This document shows, one piece after another, positions 62,753-64,000 of a stretch of 64,000 nt of DNA. Source of the DNA: Eledone cirrhosa (Eukaryota); assembly GCA_964016885.1 (NCBI GenBank), contig OZ024740.1:366420001-366484000 (forward strand), read 5' to 3'. Numbering within the stretch: position 1 is the first letter of the stretch; the number at the start of each line of letters is the position of its first letter. The notes under the pieces are model-generated. The model searched no databases. It saw only the letters and a list, made by a program, of their open reading frames with translations, and had not been told where the DNA came from. The translations under genes and the position numbers were made by a program.

Positions 62753-62810
<58 letters not shown>

Positions 62811-62814
<4 letters not shown>

Positions 62815-64000
62815 CATCATCAATCAGGCTATATATGGTGGTGTCATACCCAAAGCCTGGTGCAGCAGTATTCTCATAAATTGCTACAAAGGTAAAGGGG
62901 ATGCTTTGGAGAGGAGCAGTTATAGGGGTATAAAACTGATAGATCAGGTTATGAAAGTGGCAGAAAGGATTTTAGCACAACTAATTAGAGAAAGGGTCAA
63001 ACTAGATGAGATGCAGTTTGATTTTGTGCCTGGGAAGAGTACAACAGATGCCCTCTTCTTGGTGAGACAAATGCAAGAGAGGTTCTTAGAGAAGAATAAG
63101 CCACTATACTTAGCCTTTGTTGACCTAGAGAAGGCCTTTGATAGGGTACCCCGATCTGTCATCTGGTGGTCCCTAAGGAAGCTAGGTGTTGAGGAATGGC
63201 TTGTGAGGACAGTGCAAACTTTGTACAGAGGTACTCTCAGTAAAGTCAGGGTAGGAATGGAGTTTAGTGAGGAATTCCAGATACAAGTAGGAGTACATCA
63301 GGGTTCGGTCCTCAGCCCGCTCTTGTTCATTATAGTCCTCCAAGCCATAACAGAGGAGTTTAAGACTGGCTGTCCATGGGAACTTCTCTATGCTGACGAT
63401 CTGGCTCTTATAGCAGAATCAGTAGAGGAGCTAGAGAATAAATTCCGGCTATGGAAACAGCAGTTGGAAGCAAGAGGACTGAGAGTAAATCTAGCTAAGA
63501 CAAAAGTGTTGATGAGTAGAAAAGAGGACAAAACCCTGATTCCGTCAGGGAAATGGCCATGTTCGATATGCAGAAAAGGAACTGGCATAAATTCTATAAA
63601 ATGCACACAATGCAGGTCCTGGGTACACAAGAGATGTAGCGGGATAGCAGGCAAACTAACAGGTAGGGAGAAATATGTATGCAGTAGATGTACAGGGAAA
63701 TTAGACAGTAGAAGTCACACTGATAGACACATTTTTCAAATGCAAGAGGGCGCTATAGAAGTGGTGGATAGCTTCCGGTACCTAGGAGTCAGATTAGCAT
63801 GGGAGGAGGGTGTTCCGAGGCCATAGTATCTAGAATAAGGACGGGTTGGAAGAAGTTTAGGGAGCTGCTTCCTCTCTTGACGAAGAAGGGTTTCTCCCTG
63901 CGTACGAAAGGCCGGTTGTATGATGCCTGTGTGAAGAGCGCGATGCTGCATGGTAGTGAGACATGGGCAGCAACCGCAGAGGATATGCGACGGCTGGAGA
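62811..64000 (+). mobile_element. 5'-truncated RTE LINE, different subfamily, running off the window
   Basis: ORF 62906..63826 has DLEKAFD, HQGSVLSP, YADD and a PHD-like finger. Frameshift near 63790. Confidence 0.93.

Overview
AT-rich animal DNA dense in microsatellites, with no host protein-coding gene that I can support. The repeat complement (RTE LINEs with (ATG)n tails, tRNA-derived SINEs, long (TA)n) suggests a cephalopod/octopus-like genome, which is an inference. Mobile elements: two near-identical Tx1/L1-like 3' fragments, three RTE LINEs (one nearly intact), R4/Dong-like remnants, a Chapaev3-like transposase remnant, a Helitron/Helentron PIF1-helicase remnant in frame with a USP-type deubiquitinase domain, Penelope-like RT remnants, several MITEs and two SINE families. 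The most striking signal is non-coding. Several unrelated repeat units carry type I hammerhead ribozyme motifs (CTGAnGA...GAAA...TH). Five such loci are head-to-head inverted repeats associated with (TA)n, always with the ribozyme on the minus strand in the left arm and the plus strand in the right arm. The largest is a 3.7-kb palindrome of about 3+3 near-identical 560-bp ribozyme units (30.25-33.96 kb). This looks like a retrozyme / Penelope-dependent non-autonomous RNA system that inserts by priming from both ends of a (TA)n break. All structures were folded by eye and no searches were run.
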